NCBI GenBank assembly: GCA_045863395.1
Contig: BTVJ01000053.1
Coordinates: forward strand, 1 to 50,156
DNA from: Myxococcales bacterium
GTDB lineage: Bacteria > Myxococcota_A > UBA9042 > JABWCM01 > BTVJ01
Length of the DNA: 50,156 nucleotides
Reading direction: 5' to 3'
Shown here: piece after piece, positions 8,254-20,230 of the stretch
Layout: each line of letters opens with the position of its first letter
Numbering within the stretch: position 1 is the stretch's first letter
Position numbers and translations under genes: made by a program
The notes under the pieces: generated by a model
The model's database searches: none
Told to the model about the DNA's origin: nothing
Seen by the model: the letters and a program-made list of their open reading frames with translations, nothing else

Positions 8254-9815
8254 GGCCTCACCCCCACCGCACGCGGCCGCTCGCCCCGGGGCAGCCCAGG
8301 CGCCTCGAAGAGGTCCTCGGCGGCCATGATGCGGGTGGTCTCCACAGAGAGCCCCAGGTCCAGGGCGCCTACCTCCGCGTCCTCCCGCAGCAGCTCCTCG
8401 GACTTCGGAGCCTCGTAGGTGACCCGCGTGGGCGCCGGGTCCAGCAGCTCCCGGGCGAGACTCTGCGCGTCGCGCGTGACGGCCACGATCACCACGCGGT
8501 CACCCCGCAGGTGGCGCCGCACCGCGTCGTCCACCTGCTCCTTGGTCACCTTCGGCAGCGCCTCTCGCAGCCGCGGCAGGTGCTCGACGCCGTAGAACCG
8601 ATCATCGAGGGCGTGGCCGAGGCGCCGCATGACCGTCTCCTCCAGGATGTGGCTGTAGCCGAGCAGGAAGTCCCGCGCCGCGTCCAGCTCCGCGGGGTCG
8701 ATGCCGCGCTCCACCAACTGTCGCAGCTCCCACACGGCGAGCTTCAGCGCAAACGCGCGCTGCGAGTGCGCAACGGGCCGGATCCACACGGAGAACGCCT
8801 GGCGTGAGCGCGCCACGTTCGGGCGGGGGCGGATGCTGTGGCCGTCCTGCTCGAAGTGCTCCAGGTACGCGTAGTCACCGTAGTTGAGGCCCCGCGCGCC
8901 GCGCATGCGCCGGAAGAGCCGTCCATGGAGCTGGCGGTGCTCCCCGAGCCAGCTCGTCGCGAGGAGCAGCGGCAGGTAGTCGGGGTGGCTCCGCCCGACG
9001 TCGAGCGGGAAGCCCAGCGCCATGGTGGTCGCCGGAGCATCCCGCTCGATCAGTACGGCGCGGGTGGCGGAGACCGCGGCGAGGGGCGGGATCGTGACCG
9101 CCGGCGGCCCGCCCTGGGGGAGGCCCTCCAGGGCCGCGCGCAGCATCGCCACGGCTTCGTCCACGCGCTCGCCGCCGATGGCCACCTCCGCCGCCTCGCG
9201 GACGAAGGCCCGTGATCGCCACGCGCGCACGTCGGTCGCGGTCACCTCGTCGAGGAACCTCACGTGCCCAGAGGGGAGGTGCCCATAGGGGTGCCCCTCG
9301 TGGAGCGCCAGGTCGAGCACGGCGCGGCTCAGGGCCTCGTCGTCCGAGGCGCGCAGGCCGTCGATGAGCTCCGTCCGCGTCTCCGCGCGGACGCGCCGCA
9401 GATCGGCGGCGGAGAGGGCCGGCACGGTGAGCAGCTCGGCGAGCGCGGCGATGAACGTCTCGGCATGAGCGGGACGGCAGCGCCCCGAGAACACCACCTG
9501 CTCGGCTCCGACGTCCACCTGCACCGCGGCGCCAAGCGGGTAGAGGGCCGCGAGGAGCTCGGGCCACGTCCGCCGCGCCGTGGCCCCCGCCGCCATCAGC
9601 CGCGCGGTGAGCGCCGTGATGCCCTCCTTGCCGCGCGGGTCGTGGGCCGAGCCCACACGGAACGCGACGCGGACGTCCAGCGCGCCGGACCCGGGCGCCT
9701 CCATGCGGACGACGGGGAGCGGCGTCTCGGCCGCGCCGGCGGCGTCCCCAGGTGTGGGCGCGTCGGCCCGGGCCACCGTCGCCAACGTACACAGCGCGAC
9801 GACCACCACGCGCAT
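8250..9815 (-). CDS. M16 family peptidase, non-catalytic subunit
   Basis: Start MRVVVVALC (ATG 9815, signal peptide). GSAHDPRGKEG, no HxxEH, C-terminal RLFRRMRGARGLNYG R/Y motif. Confidence 0.85.
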   Translation of the reverse strand: MRVVVVALCTLATVARADAPTPGDAAGAAETPLPVVRMEAPGSGALDVRVAFRVGSAHDPRGKEGITALTARLMAAGATARRTWPELLAALYPLGAAVQVDVGAEQVVFSGRCRPAHAETFIAALAELLTVPALSAADLRRVRAETRTELIDGLRASDDEALSRAVLDLALHEGHPYGHLPSGHVRFLDEVTATDVRAWRSRAFVREAAEVAIGGERVDEAVAMLRAALEGLPQGGPPAVTIPPLAAVSATRAVLIERDAPATTMALGFPLDVGRSHPDYLPLLLATSWLGEHRQLHGRLFRRMRGARGLNYGDYAYLEHFEQDGHSIRPRPNVARSRQAFSVWIRPVAHSQRAFALKLAVWELRQLVERGIDPAELDAARDFLLGYSHILEETVMRRLGHALDDRFYGVEHLPRLREALPKVTKEQVDDAVRRHLRGDRVVIVAVTRDAQSLARELLDPAPTRVTYEAPKSEELLREDAEVGALDLGLSVETTRIMAAEDLFEAPGLPRGERPRAVGVRP

Positions 9816-11146
9816 CACGGTCCCCCACCGGTGAGCACGACCGTGGTCCGCACCGACGCCGACAGGCGGGCCGCCGCGCGCGCCACCTCGCCGGGCTCCA
9901 CCGCTGCGAGCCGCTCCAGGTGATCGAGCCACGAGCGGGGCTCGCCCGTCACGGTCGCGAGCATGATCAGTCGGTTTCCAAGGTCCCGCGCGGCCTGGAC
10001 GTCCAGGAGCGCGGCGCTCACCAGATGATCACGCGCTCGCGGGACCTCCTGCGCGAGCCAGGGTCCCCCCTCCGCCGCCCCGATGTCGTCGAGCGCCCCC
10101 TGCAGCGCCTGCCGCACCCGGTCCATGGCCGCTGGGGCCCGGAGACGCACCGCGAGGATCGCCAGGTGAGCGTCGCGGTGGGGCCAGCTCCAGAGGTCCA
10201 GGTCCTCCACCACCTGCTCGTCCACCACCAGGCGGCGCCAGGTGGGGCTGGCGCGCCCGAACGCGAGCTCCGTGGCGACCTCGATGGCCGCGGAGGTCGA
10301 GTCGCCGGTCGAGAACGGCGGGACGCGCCACCCCATGAGCAGCCGCGGCGCCACGGGCGTCGCCCACGGCACGCGCACCTCCCGCGGTGCCGTCTGCGGC
10401 GGCTCCACGGGCGGCGCACCATCGAAGCCCTCACCGCGCCAGCTCCCCAGGTGCTCCTCGGCCAAGGCCAGCGCAACCGTCAGATCCACGTCGCCCGTGA
10501 GCACGAGGGTGGTCTTCTGCGGCACGTAGTGGCGTCGCCGGAACTCGCGGCTGTAGTCGAAGCGCGAGGGCATCCGCCGGATGTCCTCGGCGACGCCCAT
10601 GGTTGGGTGGCCATAGCTGTGCACCGTGAACGCCGTGGCGAGCAGCGCCTCCATCATGGCGGTCCACGGGTCCGCGAGACCCCGGCTGTGCTCGCCCATG
10701 ACGGCGCGCGCCTCGGTCTGGAACACGTCCTCCGTGTAGGACAGGTTGCGCAGGCGGTCCGCCTCCAGGGCGACGATGTCGCCGAGGGCGCTCGCCGGCC
10801 CCACCGTGTAGTAGACAGTCTGGTCGTCCCAGGTGTAGGCGCTCGTGTCCAGGCCGAGGCGCTGGATCCGGAGCCGGTGCTCCCCCTCGCTCATGCTCGC
10901 GGTCCCACGGAACATCATGTGCTCGAACAGGTGCGCGAAGCCCGTGTGGCCCGGGTCCAGCTCGTCCCGTGAGCCGACCCGCACGCCGACGAACACCGCG
11001 ACCACTCCCGGGGTCGGCAGCCGCGCCGCCGCGACGGTGAGCCCGTTGTCCAGACGCCGCGACTCGACGGTCCACGGGGCCTGGAAGGCGTCCGCGACCG
11101 GTACGGCCAGCGCGAGGGTGAGGATGGTCAGGGCGAGGGCGCGCAT
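9815..11146 (-). CDS. M16 family zinc peptidase (pitrilysin-like), catalytic subunit
   Basis: Start MRALALTIL (ATG 11146, signal peptide). LDNGL, VGSRDE, GFAHLFEHMMFRG (HxxEH), HSYGHP. Confidence 0.92.
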   Translation of the reverse strand: MRALALTILTLALAVPVADAFQAPWTVESRRLDNGLTVAAARLPTPGVVAVFVGVRVGSRDELDPGHTGFAHLFEHMMFRGTASMSEGEHRLRIQRLGLDTSAYTWDDQTVYYTVGPASALGDIVALEADRLRNLSYTEDVFQTEARAVMGEHSRGLADPWTAMMEALLATAFTVHSYGHPTMGVAEDIRRMPSRFDYSREFRRRHYVPQKTTLVLTGDVDLTVALALAEEHLGSWRGEGFDGAPPVEPPQTAPREVRVPWATPVAPRLLMGWRVPPFSTGDSTSAAIEVATELAFGRASPTWRRLVVDEQVVEDLDLWSWPHRDAHLAILAVRLRAPAAMDRVRQALQGALDDIGAAEGGPWLAQEVPRARDHLVSAALLDVQAARDLGNRLIMLATVTGEPRSWLDHLERLAAVEPGEVARAAARLSASVRTTVVLTGGGP

Positions 11147-11279
11147 CGTGGCTCCGTGGTCGGCCATCGGTACCCGATGCACGCCGGCCCCGTCAACCAG
11201 GTTGCCCGGGGCGCCCGTTCCGACTATGCTGCGCTCCCCCATGGAACGGGATCGGCCCCGAACCGCAGGAGTGGGACTC

Positions 11280-11726
11280 ATGGCCGGCAACGAGGTGACT
11301 GCCTTGCTCGGGAAGGGAAGCGAGTTCGAAGGGAAGCTGACGTTCGACGGGACCGTGCGCATCGACGGCAAGTTCCGCGGCGAGATCTTCAGCGAGGACA
11401 CCTTGATCATCGGTGAGAGCGCCCAGGTCGAGGCGACCATCGACGTGAGCTCGGTGATCGTCTACGGCCAGGTGGTCGGCAACATCCACGCGCGCAACTC
11501 CGTGGAGCTGCACGCCCCCGCGCGCCTCAAGGGGAACATCGCGACGGCGGACCTCCAGGTGGACAAGGGCGTGTTCTGGAACGGCCAGGTCCAGATGGCG
11601 CCGCCCCAGCAGGTGACGGCCTCCCGGGCGCTGGACGACGTCCCCGTTGCGCGGCCCGTCGAGGCCCGCCCGGTGCCGCAGGTCAAGCCCCTGTCGGTGC
11701 TGGCCGGGGGCGAAGAGATCCTCTAG
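11280..11726 (+). CDS. Bactofilin (polymer-forming cytoskeletal protein)
   Basis: LLGKGSEFEGKLTFDGTVRIDGKFRGEI...IVYGQVVGNI...LKGNI beta-helix repeats. ATG 11280 with an AGGAG RBS. Confidence 0.92.
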   Translation: MAGNEVTALLGKGSEFEGKLTFDGTVRIDGKFRGEIFSEDTLIIGESAQVEATIDVSSVIVYGQVVGNIHARNSVELHAPARLKGNIATADLQVDKGVFWNGQVQMAPPQQVTASRALDDVPVARPVEARPVPQVKPLSVLAGGEEIL

Positions 11727-12616
11727 GCGCGCAGCAGGGCCGCCACCTTCCTCGCGGTGTGTCGCGCGTCCTCCAGGGTCATGGGCACTCCCCGTGGGCT
11801 CCCGCCGACGGCCTCCCGCCCGCCCCAGCCCGCTCCCAACGACGGGTACACCGCCAGCAGGCCGCCGGGCCCGAAGAGGCGCTCTGCCGTCTCGCGGTCG
11901 GGGCACCCCAGCGTGACCTTCTCGAGCCGGGTGGAGAGGCTGACCACCACCGGCGCCCACAGATACCACCGGTCGAAGCCCCAGACCGTGCTCTGGACGA
12001 GAGCGACGCGAGGAGGCGCAGCGGGAGGCGTGGGCTCCGGCGAGTGCTCCGTGCCATCCGGCTCGATGATGCCGAGCACGGCCTTGTCCGCGCGCAAGAG
12101 GCGGGACCGCTCCTTGCCGAGCACGTGGCGCAGGTCCTCGTCGGGCACGCCGACGCGCAGGATGGAGAGCATGGTCGCCAGCGCCCCGGCGAACCCCCGC
12201 TCGCCCCGAGGCAGGTCCGCCTGGTTGAACTTGAGCAGCCACGGCCCGTAGGGCACCGCCGTCAAGTCGAGCCCGATGGGCGCCGTGTCCTGGCGGTCCA
12301 CCAGCGCCACGAAGTCCGTCGGCACGGAGTCCCGCTCCACCAGCGCCGCCATGCCCACGATGGCCAGGGTGGCGTCCGCGTCCGGCGAGCCGGTCACCAC
12401 GAAGCGCGGGTCCCCGGCCCGCGCACCGTAGGCGTCTCCAAAGGCGCGGATGGCGACGCCGGGCCGATGCGACTCCGTCCCGTGGTGGTCCATGGCGAGC
12501 GGTCCCAGGACCGACCCATGCCCCCCGAAGGCACACTCCACGGGCTCCCAGCCAGCGTCCCGCAGGGCGCAGGCCTCCTCGAAGGAATCGGTGTAGCGGA
12601 GCTGGACCGGATGCAC
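11723..12616 (-). CDS. Hypothetical protein with possible DHH-like metal-binding motifs
   Basis: GTG 12616 with a GGAGG RBS. Motifs MDHHG, PDADA and GWGGRE...GGSPR; codon usage typical of the region. Confidence 0.55.
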   Translation of the reverse strand: MHPVQLRYTDSFEEACALRDAGWEPVECAFGGHGSVLGPLAMDHHGTESHRPGVAIRAFGDAYGARAGDPRFVVTGSPDADATLAIVGMAALVERDSVPTDFVALVDRQDTAPIGLDLTAVPYGPWLLKFNQADLPRGERGFAGALATMLSILRVGVPDEDLRHVLGKERSRLLRADKAVLGIIEPDGTEHSPEPTPPAAPPRVALVQSTVWGFDRWYLWAPVVVSLSTRLEKVTLGCPDRETAERLFGPGGLLAVYPSLGAGWGGREAVGGSPRGVPMTLEDARHTARKVAALLRA

Positions 12617-12762
12617 CTGGCCTCCTGCACGTGAGGCGCCATGCTCGGCCACCGTCACCCCAGTGTCAAACCTCCGGGCAGCCCTCACCCTCAGCGCGCC
12701 ACCAAACACCCGCTGGACCGCGCGCCCGATGGCGGTTAGAGTCCCGGCGCGAGGTGGTGTTC

Positions 12763-13788
12763 ATGCTGGCGAAGCTGCGACAGGTCGTGAAGCGGGAGGC
12801 CGCCGAGCCCGGGCCGCCGGGCGCAGGGCGGAGCTACGTAGCGCGCACCTCCGATGGCTGGGAGCTCCCGCTGAGCCGCCCGTACCCGCCCGCCGGTCCG
12901 TCGCGTCCCGTGCTGTTGCTCTCGGGCTACGGCACGTCCTCCGAGAGCTGGTGCCCCCGCGACCCGAACGGGCTCCCAGCGCACCTCGCGACTGCCGGCT
13001 TCGACCCGTGGCTGCTCGACTTCCGCGGCTCCGGCGCGAGCCGCCACACCCACGCGGTGCGCCCCGTGGTGTGCATCGACCGCAAGGTCCAGCTCGATCT
13101 GCCGGCCGCCGTCGCCGTCATCCAGCAGGAGACCGGCGCCGCCACGCTGGACCTCGTCGGGCACAGCATGGGTGGCGTCATCATCTACGTCTACCTGACC
13201 GTGTACGGGGACGCGCCGGTCCGCCGCGTGGTGACCCTCAGCTCCCCGGGCTGGTTCCGGCGCACCCGCGGCTCCGGCGCCCCTGCGTTTCGCACCCGGG
13301 CCCGGGTCCTGCGCCACTCCCTGCGTCTGGTCGAGCGCGTGCCGACCCGCAGCCTCATGCAGTGGGTCACCCGTATCCCGCTGCCTGGGGCCTACGGCGC
13401 CCACTTCACGCCAGAGAACGTCGACGACGCCACCGCGCGCACCTGGCTCCGCGCCTCCTCCACGGACATCTACCGCGCGGAGCTCCAGCAGATCATGCGC
13501 TGGTTCGAGACGGGAGAGATCACGAACCGCACGGGCGACTTCAGCTACAGCGCCCACTTCGGGCGCATCACCCGCCCTATCCTGTTCCTCGCCGCGCAGG
13601 CGGACCGCGTCGTCGACCGCCAGGCCGTGCGCTGGGTCCACGACCAGGTGAGCAGCGCGCGCAAGGAGTATCGGGAGGTGGGGCTCGCCACCGGCGCCAC
13701 CGTGGACTTCGGACACACGGACCTGGTCGCCGGGCGCCACGCCCCCAAGGACGTCTACCCCCACGTGCTCGGGTGGTTGAAGGGATGA
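12763..13788 (+). CDS. Alpha/beta-fold hydrolase (lipase/PHA synthase-like)
   Basis: Nucleophile elbow GHSMGG, acidic residue in AAQADRV, catalytic His in DFGHTDL. Confidence 0.88.
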   Translation: MLAKLRQVVKREAAEPGPPGAGRSYVARTSDGWELPLSRPYPPAGPSRPVLLLSGYGTSSESWCPRDPNGLPAHLATAGFDPWLLDFRGSGASRHTHAVRPVVCIDRKVQLDLPAAVAVIQQETGAATLDLVGHSMGGVIIYVYLTVYGDAPVRRVVTLSSPGWFRRTRGSGAPAFRTRARVLRHSLRLVERVPTRSLMQWVTRIPLPGAYGAHFTPENVDDATARTWLRASSTDIYRAELQQIMRWFETGEITNRTGDFSYSAHFGRITRPILFLAAQADRVVDRQAVRWVHDQVSSARKEYREVGLATGATVDFGHTDLVAGRHAPKDVYPHVLGWLKG

Positions 13789-14435
13789 TGATGGCGCCGC
13801 CAGAGGCCCCCGTCCGGTTCATCGCCGTGGCGGGCAACATGGGCGCAGGCAAGTCGACCTTGGTCGATTTCCTGGAGCGCCGCTTCCATGTACGCCCCTT
13901 CTACGAGCCCAACGAGTCCAATCCCTACCTGTCGGACTTCTACGGCGACATGCCGCGCTGGGCCTTCCAGAGCCAGGCGTGGTTCCTGACCGCCAAGTTT
14001 CGCATCCACCAGCAGATCCAGCGGTGCCTGAGCGGGGAGGGCGGGACCTTCGTCCAGGACCGCACCATCTACGAGGACGCGGAGATCTTCGCCGAGAACC
14101 TGTACCGCTCGAAGATCCTGCCCGAGCGGGACTACCTCTCCTATCGCGCCCTCTACGAGACGATCCTCGAGTCCCTCCCCCCGCCCGATCTCCTCATCTA
14201 CCTCAAGTGCAGCGTCCGGGCCGTCCGCCAGCGCATCCGGCTCCGGGGCCGCCCCGAGGAGCAGGCCGTGCCCCTCGCCTATGTGCGCCGGCTCCACGAC
14301 CTCTACGAGGAGTGGTTCGACCGCTACACGCTGAGCCCGACGCTGGTCATCGACTCGGAGCGCCTGGACTACGTGAGCGACCTGGTCCACCGCTTCGACC
14401 TGAGCCGCACCATCGAGCGCTACATCGTCACCTGA
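13785..14435 (+). CDS. Deoxynucleoside kinase (dNK family)
   Basis: IAVAGNMGAGKST P-loop, QDRTIYED, PDLLIYL, RIRLRGR lid. ATGA overlap with the hydrolase. Confidence 0.92.
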   Translation: MMMAPPEAPVRFIAVAGNMGAGKSTLVDFLERRFHVRPFYEPNESNPYLSDFYGDMPRWAFQSQAWFLTAKFRIHQQIQRCLSGEGGTFVQDRTIYEDAEIFAENLYRSKILPERDYLSYRALYETILESLPPPDLLIYLKCSVRAVRQRIRLRGRPEEQAVPLAYVRRLHDLYEEWFDRYTLSPTLVIDSERLDYVSDLVHRFDLSRTIERYIVT

Positions 14436-14533
14436 ACCCCTGCGCGGCGCCTGCCGAGGGTTGGAATGGCCGCTGCCCGGTGCTATGGTGCGCCCGACAG
14501 GATCGGCGGGCCCGAACACAGGGAGGTGCCACG

Positions 14534-16114
<1,581 letters not shown>

Positions 16115-16124
16115 GCCCAGGGTC

Positions 16125-16153
16125 GCCCGCGGACCCCGTCGGGGGCCGCGGGC
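16125..16153. terminator. GC-rich hairpin between convergent pckA and HD-GYP genes
   Basis: gcccgcggacccc-gtc-gggggccgcgggc (one mismatch). No clear U-tract. Confidence 0.4.
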
Positions 16154-16161
16154 CCCACACG

Positions 16162-17193
16162 TCAATCCGGGTTCGACAGCCGGATGTCCCGCATCACCCC
16201 CAGGTTCTCGAGGAACGTGTCCAGCAAGTCCGGGTCGAAGTGAGCCCCCGCCTGGGAGCGCAGGTGAGCTATCGCCTCTGGCTCGGGCCACGCCGGCTTG
16301 TAGACCCGCGCGTGGGTCAGCGCGTCGTACACGTCCACGATGGCCACGATGCGCGCCTCCACGGGGATGGTCTCTCCTTGGAGTTTCTGCGGGTAGCCGC
16401 CGCCGTCCCACTTCTCGTGGTGGCACAACGCGATCTTTCGCGCCATGTTCAGCAGGGGAATCTGTGTTCCGCCGAGGATCTCCGCGCCGATGCGCGTGTG
16501 GGTCATCATGATGTCCCACTCGTCCGGGGTGTGCTTGCCGGGCTTCTGGAGGATGGCGTCCGGGATGCCAATCTTCCCCACGTCGTGCATGGGCGCCGCC
16601 ACCCGGATCAGGTCCACGTCCGTCGGCGAGAAGCCCAGGAGCCCGCCCAGCTCCGCGGCGTAGAGGCCGATGCGGCGGATGTGCCCGCCGGTCTCGTTGT
16701 CCCGATACTCCGAGGCGGCGATCAGGCGTAGCGCGATCTCCTCGCGGGAGGCCCGGATCTCCTCCGTCTGCTCCCGCACGCGCTGCTCAAGGATCTCCTG
16801 CGTGCGGCGGCTGTCGATCTCAAGGGTCCGGCGGCGCAGGGCGTTCTCGACGTTGATCACGATCTCGTTGATCTCGAACGGCTTGATCACGTAGCCGTAG
16901 GCGCCTTGCACCAGCGCCTCGATGGCGACGGTGCTGTTGTCGAGAGCCGTGATCATGATGATCGCCGTGTCCGTCCCCCTGACGTGCCGGACGAGCTCCA
17001 GCCCGGTCTCACCGGGCATGCTCACGTCGCTCAGGACGAGGGCGATACTCGACTCTGCGAGGTGTCGCTTCGCCGTGGCGACGCAGTCGGCCTCCAGGCA
17101 CACGTAGCCGCGGGGCTCCAGGATGCGGCGCAGCACCTGCCGCACCTGGGGCTCGTCGTCCGTGATGAGGATCGTTGCCTTCTTCTCGGTCAT
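16162..17193 (-). CDS. Response regulator with HD-GYP c-di-GMP phosphodiesterase domain
   Basis: N-terminal REC (ITDDE, SDVSMPG, YVIKPF), then ETGGHIRR, MHDVGKIG, HHEKWDGGGYP, DVYDAL. Confidence 0.93.
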   Translation of the reverse strand: MTEKKATILITDDEPQVRQVLRRILEPRGYVCLEADCVATAKRHLAESSIALVLSDVSMPGETGLELVRHVRGTDTAIIMITALDNSTVAIEALVQGAYGYVIKPFEINEIVINVENALRRRTLEIDSRRTQEILEQRVREQTEEIRASREEIALRLIAASEYRDNETGGHIRRIGLYAAELGGLLGFSPTDVDLIRVAAPMHDVGKIGIPDAILQKPGKHTPDEWDIMMTHTRIGAEILGGTQIPLLNMARKIALCHHEKWDGGGYPQKLQGETIPVEARIVAIVDVYDALTHARVYKPAWPEPEAIAHLRSQAGAHFDPDLLDTFLENLGVMRDIRLSNPD

Positions 17194-17249
17194 CTCCACT
17201 CCATCGGGGCGCTCCCTGGCGCTCCCGTCGTCCGCTCACTGGCCCCGGG

Positions 17250-20048
17250 TCAGGCCCCGATGGCCGAATCGGCGCCGCTCCCCCGTCTGCTCTCGTCGAG
17301 CACGGCCCGCGCCCGCGCCAACAGCTCTGACGGGCTATACGGCTTGCTCAGCAGATGGATTCCTTCGTCGACGACGAAGTCTGTGTGGATCTCGCCCAGG
17401 CTGTACCCGCTGCAGAACAGGGCGGGGAGCTCGGGTCTCTGCTGCCGCATCAGCTCATAGGCGTGGCGCCCGCCCATCTCGGGCATCACTACGTCCATCA
17501 CCACGAGGTCGATGTCGCTTGCGTGCGCATGAAACAGCTCGACCGCCTCACGCCCATTGGCGGCGGTCAGCACCTGGTACCCCGCGTTGGTCATGACCCG
17601 GCGCGCCAGACGCAGCACCGGGGCCTCGTCCTCCGCGATCAGCACCGTCTCGGCGCCGCCGGTCGAACGTGCCACGGGACGAGGCTCCAGGACCGGGCGC
17701 TCCTCCACGGACGGGAAGATCAGCCGGAAGGTCGTCCCCTCGCCCACGGCGCTCACCAGCTCGATGGTCCCGCCGTTCTGGGTCACGATGCCGTACACGG
17801 TCGCAAGGCCGAGCCCCGTGCCGCGCCCCAGCTCCTTCGTGGTGAAGAACGGCTCGAAGACCCTCTCGCGCACCTCAGGGGGCATACCCGATCCGGTGTC
17901 CACGACGCTGACGACGACCCTCCTGCCGAGCCCCCCATTGTCGCCGTCCAAGGTCTCCGTCCGAAGGATCACCGTCCCGCTGCCGTCCATGGCGTCCCGC
18001 GCGTTGGCAACCAGGTTCATCAGCGCGAGCTCCACTTGGTTTGGGTCGATGCGCACGGTTGTGGATGGTCCCCCGAGCTGCAGGCTGAGCTGGACCTGCT
18101 CGCCGATCATCCGCTGCAGCATCGGCGCGAAGGCGATGAGCGCCTCGTTCAGGTCGACCGCGCGGGGGCGCGATGGCTCGCGCCGCCCGAAGGCGAGGAG
18201 CTGTCGGGTGAGCTCGGACGCCCGCCGAGCGGCGTCGTCGATCTGCTCCAGGTCCGCACGGATGGGGTCGTCCTCTGGGAGCGCGAGGCTCGCGAGCTGG
18301 GAGTAGCCCTTGATCGCCACCAGGATGTTGTTGAAGTCGTGGGCGATCCCGCCGGCGAGCTGTCCGATGGCCTCCATCTTCTGCGCCTGGCGGAGCTGGG
18401 CCTCCAGTGCGGTGTTGGCGGTCACGTCTCGCCCGACGCAGATGAAGGCAACGAGCTCGCCCAGCTCGTCCCGCATGGCGCTGACGCTTCCACTCACGAT
18501 GAGGCTCCCACGCCCGGTCTCCGTGGTGAGGGTCCCGGTCCAGCTCCCCCGAGTGGTGGCGTCGCGCACGATGTCCTCGGCATGCCCCTCGCGGAGGCGG
18601 ACCCGAGAGAGCGCCGCTGCCGCCTCCTGGCCGACCAGCTCGTTGCGCGTCACCCCGAATGAGCGCTCCAGGGAGGGGCTCACCCAGGTGATGCGGCCCT
18701 CCGGGTCCGTGACGACCACCCACTCCGTCAGGTGCTCCAGGATGTTGGCCTGGAAGCGCAGGCGCTCGTCCGCCAGGCGGCGCTGCGTGATGTTCGACAG
18801 CACGCCGACGATGGCCGTGCTGCCCTGCCAGGTGGCGATCTGGGGGCGGAGCTCTACCCAGATGCGCTGACCGGACTTGCGAATCATCTGGAACTCGTGG
18901 GCGCCAACCGAGGTCACCCCGGAGCGGAGGCCCTCCATCAGCGCGATGCGCACCCGCTCCCGGTGCTCGGGCACGATGGCGCCCAGCAGGCTCTTGTCCG
19001 TGACGTCCTCGGGCTCGTAGCCGAGCAGGCGGCGGCACCCCTCGGAGACGTAGGCGAAGCGCCCGCCCTGCACGACGACGACCATCTCTCTCAGGGTCTC
19101 CATGAGGAAGCGGAGGCGATCGCCGCTCTCCCGGAGCGCCAGCTCCGCGGCACGCTGCGTGACCAGGCACTGGCAGATCAGCGAGACGCCATAGAGCTCC
19201 CCGGACTTCCGGGCGATGGGGACCACGTCGACCTGGAACCACCCCACCCGTGGCCCCAGCAGCGGCACCGAGGGCACGCAGACCCGGCCGGGCCTGCCAG
19301 ACAGGGCGGTGGTCACTGCCTCGGACAGCTCGGGTACGGTCTGGTCGGTGCGCAGGTTGATCTCCGGCCGGGCGTCCTCCCCCCAGGCACCGCCGAAGAT
19401 CTCCCGGGCTCCCCGGTTCATGTCCTGGACGCGGCCGTCCCTGTCCAGTGTGACGAGGCCGAAGGGGCCGGTCTCGAAGGCCGTGGCGGCCTGGGCGCGC
19501 AGCGTGACCAGCTCCCGCTCACTGGCCAGGAGCTCGCTGCGATCCGTGCCGACCAGCAGGAAGGACGCCTTCTCTCCGTCCACCGGGATGACCCGCCAGT
19601 CGATGAGCCGGCGCTCTCCCGTCGCGGTCTGCCAGGGGATGCGGGCCGTGGTCTCCTCGGTGCGCGCCGCAACGAGGACCCGCGCCAGAGTCTCCGCGTG
19701 CGATTCGGGCACCAGATGGTCGCTGAGGTGCGTACCGATCACCTCCGGAGCGGTTCGCCCGCTGAGGCGCTCGCAACTGGCATTGAACTCCGATATTCGG
19801 CCCTGATTCAGGTGTACGACGAGGAGACCTGCACCGTCGAGCGCGCTGCGCTGGGCTCGCTCCAGTGTGGCGGTCCCCGTCGCGAGCCGCGACCCGCGTC
19901 CCCTCAGCGCCAGCCAGCACGCTGCCCCTCCGAGGACCACGCCGCCTGCTGCCCCGAGGGCACCCTCGCAGGCTTCGAGGCTGAGGAGGGCCGCCGCGGC
20001 AATTGCCGGGCCGAGGCTTGCGAGCGTCTCGCGCAGACTGGTTGCCAT
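17250..20048 (-). CDS. Multi-PAS hybrid sensor histidine kinase with C-terminal receiver
   Basis: ATG 20048 with an AGGAG RBS. Four PAS-like repeats, H-box AGGIAHDFNNIL, NLVANARDAM, DTGSGM, PFFTTK...GTGLGL and a C-terminal REC. Confidence 0.93.
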   Translation of the reverse strand: MATSLRETLASLGPAIAAAALLSLEACEGALGAAGGVVLGGAACWLALRGRGSRLATGTATLERAQRSALDGAGLLVVHLNQGRISEFNASCERLSGRTAPEVIGTHLSDHLVPESHAETLARVLVAARTEETTARIPWQTATGERRLIDWRVIPVDGEKASFLLVGTDRSELLASERELVTLRAQAATAFETGPFGLVTLDRDGRVQDMNRGAREIFGGAWGEDARPEINLRTDQTVPELSEAVTTALSGRPGRVCVPSVPLLGPRVGWFQVDVVPIARKSGELYGVSLICQCLVTQRAAELALRESGDRLRFLMETLREMVVVVQGGRFAYVSEGCRRLLGYEPEDVTDKSLLGAIVPEHRERVRIALMEGLRSGVTSVGAHEFQMIRKSGQRIWVELRPQIATWQGSTAIVGVLSNITQRRLADERLRFQANILEHLTEWVVVTDPEGRITWVSPSLERSFGVTRNELVGQEAAAALSRVRLREGHAEDIVRDATTRGSWTGTLTTETGRGSLIVSGSVSAMRDELGELVAFICVGRDVTANTALEAQLRQAQKMEAIGQLAGGIAHDFNNILVAIKGYSQLASLALPEDDPIRADLEQIDDAARRASELTRQLLAFGRREPSRPRAVDLNEALIAFAPMLQRMIGEQVQLSLQLGGPSTTVRIDPNQVELALMNLVANARDAMDGSGTVILRTETLDGDNGGLGRRVVVSVVDTGSGMPPEVRERVFEPFFTTKELGRGTGLGLATVYGIVTQNGGTIELVSAVGEGTTFRLIFPSVEERPVLEPRPVARSTGGAETVLIAEDEAPVLRLARRVMTNAGYQVLTAANGREAVELFHAHASDIDLVVMDVVMPEMGGRHAYELMRQQRPELPALFCSGYSLGEIHTDFVVDEGIHLLSKPYSPSELLARARAVLDESRRGSGADSAIGA

Positions 20049-20230
20049 CTGCTCCTGGCTGTTGCACTCGGGGTGGGCGGCGTCGTACCGTCTGCCTGCC
20101 GGGCCGGTGCGGACGCCCATTATGGGGAACGCTCCCCGGGGGAGCAAGCAATTGACCCCGCGGGGCCGCATGCTGTGCGGCCCACGGCGCCTCCTGCGCC
20201 GCGCAGGCGCTCTGACTCAGGGGCAACCAA

